Part shown: one piece after another, positions 49,177-57,449 of the stretch | Position numbering within the stretch: the first letter of the stretch is position 1 | Layout: every line of letters begins with the position of its first letter | Source of the DNA: Bdellovibrionales bacterium | GTDB lineage: Bacteria; Bdellovibrionota; Bdellovibrionia; Bdellovibrionales; UBA1609 | Length of the DNA: 64,000 bases | Assembly: GCA_965203095.1 (NCBI GenBank) | Contig: OZ241877.1 | Coordinates: 1,568,001-1,632,000, forward strand | Reading direction: 5' to 3' | The notes under the pieces: model-generated | Seen by the model: the letters and a program-made list of their open reading frames with translations, nothing else | Databases searched by the model: none | What the model was told of the DNA's origin: nothing | Program-made: the position numbers and the translations under genes

Positions 49177-49683
49177 CTATTGAGAAATGCAATCCGCACT
49201 TTCTGTTTTTGAGCAGTCACTTTGATTGTCCTTAAGCTTTTGCATGCAATTTTGCTCGTTAATAGTGAAATTGGGCAGTGTATTGTTTTGATTTGCTGTG
49301 CCCGCTTTGAAGGAATTATTAGCAGAGTCCACAGTGCAAGAGGATCCCAGTGGCATGTTGACAGTAGCCCCTTTGCTACTGTTGTGAAAGCCCAACTTGT
49401 AGTTTTTAGAATCCCACTTAAAGCCTATATCATCTACAGAGGCAGAGTAATGCCCGTTTTCTATTAAAAAACTTTGTTCCTGCCGGTAAAAATCGGACAA
49501 GCCGTATTTGGCTTCCAAGATTTTAGCAGAACCTTTTATAAAGCCATAGCGAGGCACAGCTATAGCCGATAAGATAATAATGATCACTATTACCACCAAC
49601 ACTTCCACAAGAGAAAAACCCTGCCTTTTGCGGTATTGGTTCTTATTTTGGTGGGCTACTTTTTGAATTTTTTTATTGAACAT
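49177..49683 (-). CDS. Type IV pilin
   Basis: QG|FSLVEVLVVIVIIIILSAIAVPRY; EAKYGL. Confidence 0.9.
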   Translation of the reverse strand: MFNKKIQKVAHQNKNQYRKRQGFSLVEVLVVIVIIIILSAIAVPRYGFIKGSAKILEAKYGLSDFYRQEQSFLIENGHYSASVDDIGFKWDSKNYKLGFHNSSKGATVNMPLGSSCTVDSANNSFKAGTANQNNTLPNFTINEQNCMQKLKDNQSDCSKTESADCISQ

Positions 49684-49756
49684 GGCTTGTCCTCAGTTTT
49701 TATTAGCCCTCATATTGTTTGCAGAAGAACCTCCGTTTTCACAAAAACTGGCTTTC

Positions 49757-49912
49757 CTGGATTCCCGTTTTCACGGGAGCTAAAAAGCCTCGTCTTCTTT
49801 TTCCTGCTTTTGTCCAAAGGCCATTCGGTGATGGTCCAAGGTATTGTTATACCGAAATGGAATGGTCCTTTGGACAAAAAAAGTTAAAAAACAAAGGTTT
49901 TTCACGGACAAC
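49757..49912. mobile_element. MITE-like element (reverse orientation) whose left end is a dRS3/REP-like palindrome
   Basis: CTGGATTCCCGTTTTCACGGGAGC, hairpin 49808-49879, TTTTTCACGGACAAC then TAATTA. Confidence 0.85.
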
Positions 49913-50192
49913 TAATTATTATTTTGCCATAATTTTTCAAATTTTCAAGTTTTACTGATTTTATGGGCTGTTTTCATGCAGGAATACGGGAATATACGGG
50001 AATATATACGGGAATAAAGGGGCTTTTTCAGTAAGATCATTTCAAACGGACAAAACTAACAGATAAAAAGATTCCCGTAAAAGGCAGAACAGACGGGCTT
50101 TTTCAAGACTTTGGCCCGTCCCTTTTTTGAATAGATGCTCAATTTATGCAAAAAAAATTGATTTTATTGTGATTTTCTTATAAACTCTGTTT

Positions 50193-50615
50193 ATGAACAA
50201 GAAATTTGAGCACAAACTTCTAACAGGTAGAGATCATAAAGGCTTTTCATTAGTGGAGTTGCTTGTGGTGATAGCCATTATTGGGATTTTGATCGCTATC
50301 GGAATCCCCGCTTATAAAAATTACAAACAAAATGCTCAAAAAGAAGCGGATGAAGGCACTCTTAGAAATTTAAACAATGCGGCTCTTGTGTTGGACGCTA
50401 CAGAACAAAGTATTACTGCTATGTCTTTAGCCAAAGCAGTTAAAAATGTGGATCAAGGAGACATTAGCCAAGTGGGCTGGAGGAAAAACAGTGAGACATG
50501 GTGCATTCAATACACTAACCCTAAGACTCAGAAAAAAAACTGTGTCAATGAAGAGGGGACTGTGGATACTGGTAAAACAACATGTAATACATCGCATCCT
50601 TATAATTGCCATTGA
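50193..50615 (+). CDS. Type IV pilin (major-pilin size)
   Basis: [26 protein letters not shown]; four C-terminal Cys. Confidence 0.9.
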   Translation: MNKKFEHKLLTGRDHKGFSLVELLVVIAIIGILIAIGIPAYKNYKQNAQKEADEGTLRNLNNAALVLDATEQSITAMSLAKAVKNVDQGDISQVGWRKNSETWCIQYTNPKTQKKNCVNEEGTVDTGKTTCNTSHPYNCH

Positions 50616-50634
50616 TAAAGAGTTTCCTCAATTT

Positions 50635-51138
50635 TTAATCTCTCCATAACTTTTCCGGACCTTCACTTGTTTTTTTGGCGATAGAATGCAGTTGTTGTAT
50701 TTTTTGTTTCAACTCCCTCAATGAAAAGCTGTGGAATTGAACAAAAAGCCCAGCTCTGTCATTTTGGCGGATCCACTGGATTTTTATGGAGGAAGAAGCA
50801 CTCAGCCGGCGGGCTATTTTCGCCCGTTTTTCATCCCTTCCATTGATTTCCGCCTGCCTTAATTTTTTTAAGCCTTTAATCAGCAAAGAGGCTTTTTTCT
50901 CTTTTAATAAGGAAGGCTCAACCCCATGGCCCATCAAAAGCCACTCTCCGCCCAGGTCTAAAATTTGCACTCCTTCAGAATGAGAGGGCCTTTGCTGGGC
51001 TATCCATTCCAACAAAGGTTCAAAGGTTTTTGGTTTTTGAAATTCTGTTAAAATCTCTAACTCTTTTGGGCTGAGTTTTTTGTCCTTAACCCATTTTTGA
51101 AAATCAGGAAACTGATTGAGGATGAATGATAGTTCCAT
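50635..51138 (-). CDS. Hypothetical protein downstream of secG
   Basis: 167-aa ORF, ATG start 9 bp after secG stop. Confidence 0.6.
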   Translation of the reverse strand: MELSFILNQFPDFQKWVKDKKLSPKELEILTEFQKPKTFEPLLEWIAQQRPSHSEGVQILDLGGEWLLMGHGVEPSLLKEKKASLLIKGLKKLRQAEINGRDEKRAKIARRLSASSSIKIQWIRQNDRAGLFVQFHSFSLRELKQKIQQLHSIAKKTSEGPEKLWRD

Positions 51139-51147
51139 TAGGGCTTA

Positions 51148-51444
51148 TTATTCGCTTTTTTCCGGCAAAACCTGTTCTTTTTGAGAAGGCTCAGGGGCCA
51201 TTAATTGGCTGTCTTTTTGTGAGCTGATATAGGACAGGTAAAAAGAGGAACAGGCAAACAAAATGGCCAGCCATTTTGTGGCTTTTACTAAAAAAGGGGA
51301 AGCCCCTTCTGAACCGAAAAAAGATCGACTTCCTGCTCCACCCCCTAAGCTCCCTAAAACCCCACCTTTAGGATCCTGGAGCAAAATGAACAAGACAACA
51401 AAAATGCAAGTGAGGGCATGAACAATAGAGATAAAATAAACCAT
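51148..51444 (-). CDS. secG: Preprotein translocase subunit SecG
   Basis: Two TM, ILLQDPKGG, GGGAGSRSFFGSEGA, KATKWLA. Confidence 0.92.
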   Translation of the reverse strand: MVYFISIVHALTCIFVVLFILLQDPKGGVLGSLGGGAGSRSFFGSEGASPFLVKATKWLAILFACSSFYLSYISSQKDSQLMAPEPSQKEQVLPEKSE

Positions 51445-51510
51445 AACTTTACTCGTATAATAAGATCAGCAGTTTGAAAAGGATTTTTTTAACAAGGGAT
51501 ATTTTATTTA

Positions 51511-51663
51511 GTCCTCCGTGAAAAAGCTGAACAAAAAGCCTCGTCCTCTTTTTCCTGCTTTTGTCCAAAGGCCATTCCATGAGGGTCCAAGGTATTGCCG
51601 TCCCGAAATGGAATGGTCCTTTGGACAAAAAAAGTTAAAAAACAAAGGTTTTTCACGGACAAC
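51511..51663. mobile_element. Full-length 153-bp MITE-like element with perfect target-site duplication TATTTA
   Basis: TATTTA|GTCCTCCGTGAAAAA...TTTTTCACGGACAAC|TATTTA. Confidence 0.92.
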
Positions 51664-51666
51664 TAT

Positions 51667-52848
51667 TTATTGTTTCCCCCGGTGCAACTCAAAGAACAGG
51701 AACTGGGTCTTTTGCTTTTTGTCGTTAAAATTATTATCACTCACTAAAACCATAAGTTGCTTTTTGGGCTTTTTATGGGGGCTTAAGGAAGGCTTTTTGT
51801 CAACAGCTAATGCCCATCTCTTTTTCACTGGCAAAAAAGGACCTAAGGCCAAACCCTCTAAATTGTCCACTAAGATCTGTTGTTGAGAGGAATCCCACAA
51901 GAGTTTTTTAGAGCAAGGTTTAAAACCTTTTTTAAGTTGAATATGAGCTTGGATCCGGCTGGCTTTCCGGCAGTCAGTGAGAAAAATATAAGCCCTATTG
52001 GCCATCCCATTGTTTGATTTTTTGTAAAAAACCCTCTCTAAACTGATAAAAACTTTAGGGGATAGCCATTGTAAAGCGGTCAGCCCGCCCTCTTGGCCAT
52101 TGTGCAGGGCATAAGCATATTGTTCGCGGAGTTTTTTGCTTTTGATGTCAAAAGCACTCAGCCGGACAAAAGATTTTTGTTTAAAGATGGAATCTTGTTT
52201 GAGAGGAATTTCAGTCGCGGTCCAAAGGCTGTTGGAATTTTTGTCCAAAGTGAGGGATTCAAAACCTTTGTTGGCCACCTGTCCAAAAAAAGGAGGTTGT
52301 GGGTTTTTCCCAGGGGCCCAAAACACAGGAGGAACAGGCCAGGCCTCTTTTAAAACAGCAGACTGATCAAAGGTGAAAATTTGAGTAGGCTCATGGACAT
52401 TATAAATTTGTTGCCCCTCTGAGGCGATAAAAAAAACACTGTCGCTGTAAATCACTAAGGCTTCTGGGTCCATATTTCTTGTCAATCGGTCATGCTCTAA
52501 GTTTTTGAGAAAGACCTGCTCTTTAATGCTCAGCCGGTAATGGGGTTGAGTGCTCAGGCTCAGCTTATAATAGCGATGGTTGGTTTTATCATCGGAAAGG
52601 GCATAAAAATAACCTGAAGAAGGATGAAAAATCAGCCCACTTAAGCCCCCCACCTTTAAACCTTCAAATTTTTTGTTTTTTTCAAAAACTTGTAGATCTT
52701 TAAATTCAACAGAAATGTCAGGAACCTTTGATGATAAAAGAGAGCAGTTGGCAAGGGCCAAAAAAAACAGAATCCCTAATAAAATCCCCAGGGCTTTCTT
52801 TAACATAATCTCTTTAAGACAGGGGAAAGCTCTATTTGTCAATCCCAA
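51667..52848 (-). CDS. Phytase-like/esterase-like beta-propeller lipoprotein (start probably ATG ~52806)
   Basis: Lipobox LANC, GGLSGL, ALSDD, DPEAL, NKGFESL, DNLEGL, VSDNNF. Confidence 0.82.
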   Translation of the reverse strand: MGLTNRAFPCLKEIMLKKALGILLGILFFLALANCSLLSSKVPDISVEFKDLQVFEKNKKFEGLKVGGLSGLIFHPSSGYFYALSDDKTNHRYYKLSLSTQPHYRLSIKEQVFLKNLEHDRLTRNMDPEALVIYSDSVFFIASEGQQIYNVHEPTQIFTFDQSAVLKEAWPVPPVFWAPGKNPQPPFFGQVANKGFESLTLDKNSNSLWTATEIPLKQDSIFKQKSFVRLSAFDIKSKKLREQYAYALHNGQEGGLTALQWLSPKVFISLERVFYKKSNNGMANRAYIFLTDCRKASRIQAHIQLKKGFKPCSKKLLWDSSQQQILVDNLEGLALGPFLPVKKRWALAVDKKPSLSPHKKPKKQLMVLVSDNNFNDKKQKTQFLFFELHRGKQ

Positions 52849-52969
52849 AATAGTTTTTTGTAAAAAATTTTATGGGGATCCCATTCGAACACTCTCAAAT
52901 CGCCGGCTATCGGCACTTTGCCCTTAACCTTAAGGTAAAACATTAAAAAAACAGCCTTATTTTGTCAAA

Positions 52970-53890
52970 ATGCTTTGCTATATCATAATGGGTATGGAAT
53001 GGGCTGATTATCTCTCTCTTCTCACTTGGCAAAATTGTCCCATAAGGGCAAAAGATTTTGCCCGGATAGAGGTAGCGACTTCGGAGCTTCAAACTCCTGA
53101 GAATTTTACTGATGTGCTCTCTTCCTTAGAGGCTAAAGAGTATGTGAGTCACAACAGGCTTTGGTGGAAAAAGGCAGAAAAGGATTACAAATATTGCCAA
53201 AACCGAAACTACCAACTGCTCCATCCCGGAAAAAAAGCCTACCCCCGCCAGCTCATTTCTTTTTTTGACTCTCCCCCTATTTTTTGCTTTTTAGGAGAAT
53301 GGCCCTCAAAAGAGATGGACACTCCGATCACTTTTGTAGGGAGCCGGCAGGCCGATCATCAGGTTTTCCACTGGATGGATTTTTATTTGCCCTCACTGCT
53401 TAAAGAAAAGCAGATTTGTGTTTTGAGTGGAGGGGCCAGAGGCGTTGATCAAAAAGCCCATGCTGTGGCCATCCGATCCCAAAGCCCCACTTTGTGTTTT
53501 CTCCCCTGTGGTTTGGATCATCTTTACCCGGAAAGTTTGAACCGGTTGAAGAGAGGGATTTTAAACTGCGGAGGGGCTTTTGTCTCCAGCTGGCCCCCTT
53601 GGGAAAAAATGCAAAAGCCTTACTTTCATATTAGAAATGGCTATATGTCTGCTCTCTCCTCTTTAGTGGTCATACTTCAGGCTCAGCTCCGGAGTGGGAC
53701 TATGCTCACGGCCAAAAAATCCTTAGATTATGGAATCCCTTTAGCTGTTTTGCCAGGGCCAGCCCTTTCTGCCCACTGGACAGGGAATTTGCAACTATTG
53801 TATGACGGAGCTTATTTGATAAGGGACAACATTGATCTCTCCCTTTTGATTTCGGCTATCAACAGCCAAAAAGTGGACTTAAGTCACTAA
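52970..53890 (+). CDS. dprA: DNA-processing protein DprA/Smf
   Basis: FVGSR, LSGGARGVDQKAH, FHIRN, RSGTMLTA. Confidence 0.9.
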   Translation: MLCYIIMGMEWADYLSLLTWQNCPIRAKDFARIEVATSELQTPENFTDVLSSLEAKEYVSHNRLWWKKAEKDYKYCQNRNYQLLHPGKKAYPRQLISFFDSPPIFCFLGEWPSKEMDTPITFVGSRQADHQVFHWMDFYLPSLLKEKQICVLSGGARGVDQKAHAVAIRSQSPTLCFLPCGLDHLYPESLNRLKRGILNCGGAFVSSWPPWEKMQKPYFHIRNGYMSALSSLVVILQAQLRSGTMLTAKKSLDYGIPLAVLPGPALSAHWTGNLQLLYDGAYLIRDNIDLSLLISAINSQKVDLSH

Positions 53891-53902
53891 TGAACTAATG
53901 TG

Positions 53903-54087
53903 GTCGCTCGTGAAAAAGCTCTGTAATTTACAAGGGACTCTTCAGTTTCTTTGCCTAAAGGTCCGTCCCATTTCGGGACGGGAATACCTTGGACCATCAC
54001 CGGACGGCCTTTAGGCAAAAGTGATTGAAAAGCCTGACCCTGTAAAAGTAGAGAATGAGAAGGACTAACTGAGGCTTTTTCACGGAC
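53903..54087. mobile_element. MITE-like element between convergent dprA and alaS
   Basis: GTCGCTCGTGAAAAA...TTTTTCACGGAC; hairpin 53950-54019; right half close to 37815-37965. Confidence 0.88.
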
Positions 54088-54135
54088 TATTAATAGGTAG
54101 ACACAGCTACAATCAAAAAACAGACTTTTAACTTT

Positions 54136-57100
54136 TTAACAAAAATTTTGCAGGAGCAGTTTTTCCACTTGAGAAAAAGCAGACCTATCGCTTATAGAAC
54201 CCCCTGCAAAAGAGCTTTTACCTCCCCCTTGGCCTTTGCATAGAGGAGCTATTTTATTTTTCAAAATCTCACCGGCAGAACAATTTTTAGAAAAAGCTTT
54301 TTGGACATTTACTATTACTGGATATTTTCCTTCCCCTTCCCCTAACAAAACAACAAGCCCTGGACCTATTTGAGATAAGAGGAAATCAGATATATCTGCC
54401 AGGAGCTTTCTATCCGCCACAGGTAAAGAGAGAACAAGCAATTGCCCTTTTAAACCCTTAACTTCACAACCTTTTGCCCGGACTTCTAACTCCTCTTTTG
54501 TCAGTTTCAAACTTTTTATTTTTTCCAACAGAGTTATAAAATTTTTAACTTCCCCCTCTTTGGCTTTTATTGAGTTTAAAACAGAGGGCCCCTTTTTAAA
54601 AGCCTTATAAAAATCTTTATCCTCCATTAAATCTTCTTTAATATCAGGAGGGTTGAGTTTAAAGTGCTCTCTTAATTCTAAAACCTGTTTTGCTAAAGGG
54701 TGAAAAGTGCTTTTCACTTCCTCCTTTTTATCCGGTAAATTGGCAGGGCTGGGTTGAGGCTTTTCCTTCCCTAAACAAACAATTTTTTTGCGTAAAAGTT
54801 TTAACTCCTTTTCCCGATCTTCCATCCAATTTAAAAAAAGATTTTGCTTTTCAATAAAGCCTTCCCAACAAGATTCCTTTTTTTTAAAATGAGGGAGAGG
54901 AATTTTTAAATAACTCCTCAAGCTCTTATTTTCATCAATTAAAAATTCCTCCCAAGCATTAGCTAAAGAGCTGGTCCAAGCTATAATCCGCCTCACACCA
55001 GCCTGAACTCCTCTTTCGCTAATGATTTTAAAATCCTCAATCTCCTCAGTGTTTTGAACATGAATCCCCCCACAAAGCTCTTTTGAACTTTTTGTTCCAA
55101 TACTCACTACTCGGACATTTTCAGAATAATTTTCCCCTTTCAAATACAAAAACCCCTCCTCTTTGGCCTGTTCTAATTTTTTATGACTGACTGACAGATC
55201 TTCTTTTGATAAAATACTTTGCCGGACCAGTTCCTCCACTTGATGAATTTGTTTTTTGTTGAGAGCTTTTTTATAGGTAAAATCAAATCGCAGGCGAAAG
55301 GGCTGAATGAGTGATCCGGCCTGACGGACGGACTCCCCCAGGTTTTTTCGCAAAGCTGAGTGCAAAAGATGCGTGGTGGTATGGCTGGCTTTAATGCCTT
55401 TTCTAAAATTTTTGTTCACTTCCGCAATACAATTTTGCCCTAACCTCAAATCCTTTAGAGCCTGAACTTCATGAATAATGATTTCCCCTATTTTTTGGCA
55501 ATCCAAAACTTGAGCTATACTATCGCCTATAAGCTCTTCTGGATTCCCGCTTTCGTGGGAGCTAAAAAGTCCGGGGGACTTTTTAGCAAAATTCGCAGGA
55601 TCAGTTGACTTCTTTTCAGCAAACTGACTTGCGTCTTCAAAGAAAAAACCTCTATCTCCTACCGGCCCTCCCCCCTCAGGATAAAAACAGGTTTTATCTA
55701 AAACGACATGCCCCTTAGAGCCTTTAGGAATGCAGGAAGAATCCCAATCCGGCCCATGCCCTGTTCCTAAATGGGGAACTGGACTGCCTTCAGACAAACG
55801 AGCAGATGGTTTTTTTATAGATAAAACGGCAAGAATTTTCCCTCTCTCTTTTTCTTTTTTATAGCCGGTAAACTCTGTTGCCGGAGAACCTGCCTTTTGG
55901 CCTATGGTTTTTGGGTATCTGGATTCCTGCTTTCGCAGGAATGACTGATTAGCTGAAGAACCTGCTTTTTGGGCTATGATTTTTAGCCCTTCCTTTTTAA
56001 AATCCTCCCAAAGTATTCCCACCAAGCCCTTGGCCAGTGATTGGCCAACTTCTTTTTTATATTCCGCCATCTCCTCTTCCGTAGGAACAGCCCAACCCTG
56101 CTCTTCAGCCATAAGGCGAGTCAGATCTATGGGAAGTCCATAAGTGCTATACAGATCCCAAACCCTCTCTTTAGGAATTTTTTTAGCTGGCAAAAAGGAG
56201 AGCATTTTCTCAAACTCTTTTTTGCCCTCTTTTAAAGTGCTAAAAAATTGCCCGGCCTCCTCTTCAATGACTTGATCTATTTCCCCCATATCATTTTTGA
56301 GTTGGGGATAAATGCCTAATTCTTCCACTTTGCAGGGCAAGGGCTTAGGAGGAATCTCCGACATAATTTTTACAACTTCTCTAACTCCTATTTTTAAAAG
56401 ATTTTTCTTGGGATTTAATTTTTGGCTATAATAAAAAGCCCTCCGGAGAATTTTCCGGAGGACATACTCCGCAGTATCCCCTCCCGGTAAAACTCCCTCA
56501 GCAATTAAAAAAGCCACAGCCCGGCTATGATCCGCCACCACACGAAAAGCTTTTTGGATGGGAGTTTGAGCCTTTTCCTCAAAGTCATATTTTTTAAAAG
56601 AAGAAGCTTTTTCTAAAGCCAAAATTATTTTTGAAAAAAGATCAGTATGGTAATTGCTTTTTTTGTTTTGAAGAATGGCAGAAAGTCGCTCCAAACCCAT
56701 CCCCGTATCTACAGATGGGCGAGAAAGCTTTTTCCTCTCCCCCTCTTTGTTGTCATAAAACTCCATAAAAACCAAATTCCAAATTTCTATCAGTTGGTGA
56801 GTAGGGGGTCGTTTTTCTTCTCCGGAATAATAATGAATCTCCGAACAGTATCCACAGGGGCCAGAGTCCCCCATCTGCCAAAAATTATCTTTATCACTTA
56901 GGAGATAAATTTTATTTTCAGGAATTTTTTGTTTCCATATTGCATAAGACTCCGGATCCTCTTTATGAACTGTCACCCATAAATGGTCCGGAGATAGGCC
57001 CAACTCCTCTGTCAAAAAGGCCCAGGCCCCATTTATAGCTGATGGCTTAAAATAGCCACCAAAGGAAAAATTGCCCATCATTTCAAAAAAAGTGTGGTGC

Positions 57101-57351
57101 CAGGGGGTCTCACCCACTTGCTGAAGATCATTATGTTTGCCACCCGCTCTCAAACATTTTTGAATGCTGACTACATTTTCTGCCGGAGGGGGTTCTAAAC
57201 CTAAAAAAACATTTTTAAACTGATTCATTCCCGCATTCACAAACAGAAGAGAAGGGTCATTATTCGGGATGAGGGAAGAACTGAGCTGGACCTTATGCCC
57301 TCGATTTTTAAAAAAATGGATAAACTTTTTTCGGATCTCAAAATGGGTCAT
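54136..57351 (-). CDS. alaS: Alanine--tRNA ligase with several insertions (ORF track extends to 57417)
   Basis: LLFVNAGMNQFK, HHTFFEMMGNFSFG, DTGMGLER, HTTTHLLH, ELCGGIHV, GQGGG. Confidence 0.96.
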   Translation of the reverse strand: MTHFEIRKKFIHFFKNRGHKVQLSSSLIPNNDPSLLFVNAGMNQFKNVFLGLEPPPAENVVSIQKCLRAGGKHNDLQQVGETPWHHTFFEMMGNFSFGGYFKPSAINGAWAFLTEELGLSPDHLWVTVHKEDPESYAIWKQKIPENKIYLLSDKDNFWQMGDSGPCGYCSEIHYYSGEEKRPPTHQLIEIWNLVFMEFYDNKEGERKKLSRPSVDTGMGLERLSAILQNKKSNYHTDLFSKIILALEKASSFKKYDFEEKAQTPIQKAFRVVADHSRAVAFLIAEGVLPGGDTAEYVLRKILRRAFYYSQKLNPKKNLLKIGVREVVKIMSEIPPKPLPCKVEELGIYPQLKNDMGEIDQVIEEEAGQFFSTLKEGKKEFEKMLSFLPAKKIPKERVWDLYSTYGLPIDLTRLMAEEQGWAVPTEEEMAEYKKEVGQSLAKGLVGILWEDFKKEGLKIIAQKAGSSANQSFLRKQESRYPKTIGQKAGSPATEFTGYKKEKERGKILAVLSIKKPSARLSEGSPVPHLGTGHGPDWDSSCIPKGSKGHVVLDKTCFYPEGGGPVGDRGFFFEDASQFAEKKSTDPANFAKKSPGLFSSHESGNPEELIGDSIAQVLDCQKIGEIIIHEVQALKDLRLGQNCIAEVNKNFRKGIKASHTTTHLLHSALRKNLGESVRQAGSLIQPFRLRFDFTYKKALNKKQIHQVEELVRQSILSKEDLSVSHKKLEQAKEEGFLYLKGENYSENVRVVSIGTKSSKELCGGIHVQNTEEIEDFKIISERGVQAGVRRIIAWTSSLANAWEEFLIDENKSLRSYLKIPLPHFKKKESCWEGFIEKQNLFLNWMEDREKELKLLRKKIVCLGKEKPQPSPANLPDKKEEVKSTFHPLAKQVLELREHFKLNPPDIKEDLMEDKDFYKAFKKGPSVLNSIKAKEGEVKNFITLLEKIKSLKLTKEELEVRAKGCEVKGLKGQLLVLSLPVADRKLLADISDFLLSQIGPGLVVLLGEGEGKYPVIVNVQKAFSKNCSAGEILKNKIAPLCKGQGGGKSSFAGGSISDRSAFSQVEKLLLQNFC
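55539..55569. repeat. dRS3/REP-like palindrome in frame inside alaS (LFSSHESGNP)
   Basis: CTGGATTCCCGCTTTCGTGGGAGCTAAAAAG, 28/31 identical to intergenic 49757-49787. Confidence 0.85.
55919..55945. repeat. dRS3/REP-like palindrome in frame inside alaS (SFLRKQESR)
   Basis: CTGGATTCCTGCTTTCGCAGGAATGAC between imperfect direct repeats at 55885 and 55957. Confidence 0.85.
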
Positions 57352-57449
57352 GCCCTTTTCTATTTGGACCATTTTTTGCCTTATGTCACTGTTTTTTTGC
57401 TTAAAAACACCAAACAAATGCTGGTCTTTAGTTTATAAAACCTTGAATT

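Noticed and set aside
51571..51616. Hammerhead ribozyme (ATGAG...CGAAA resemblance)
   Set aside because: Lacks the CUGANGA core and a third helix with a cleavage triplet.
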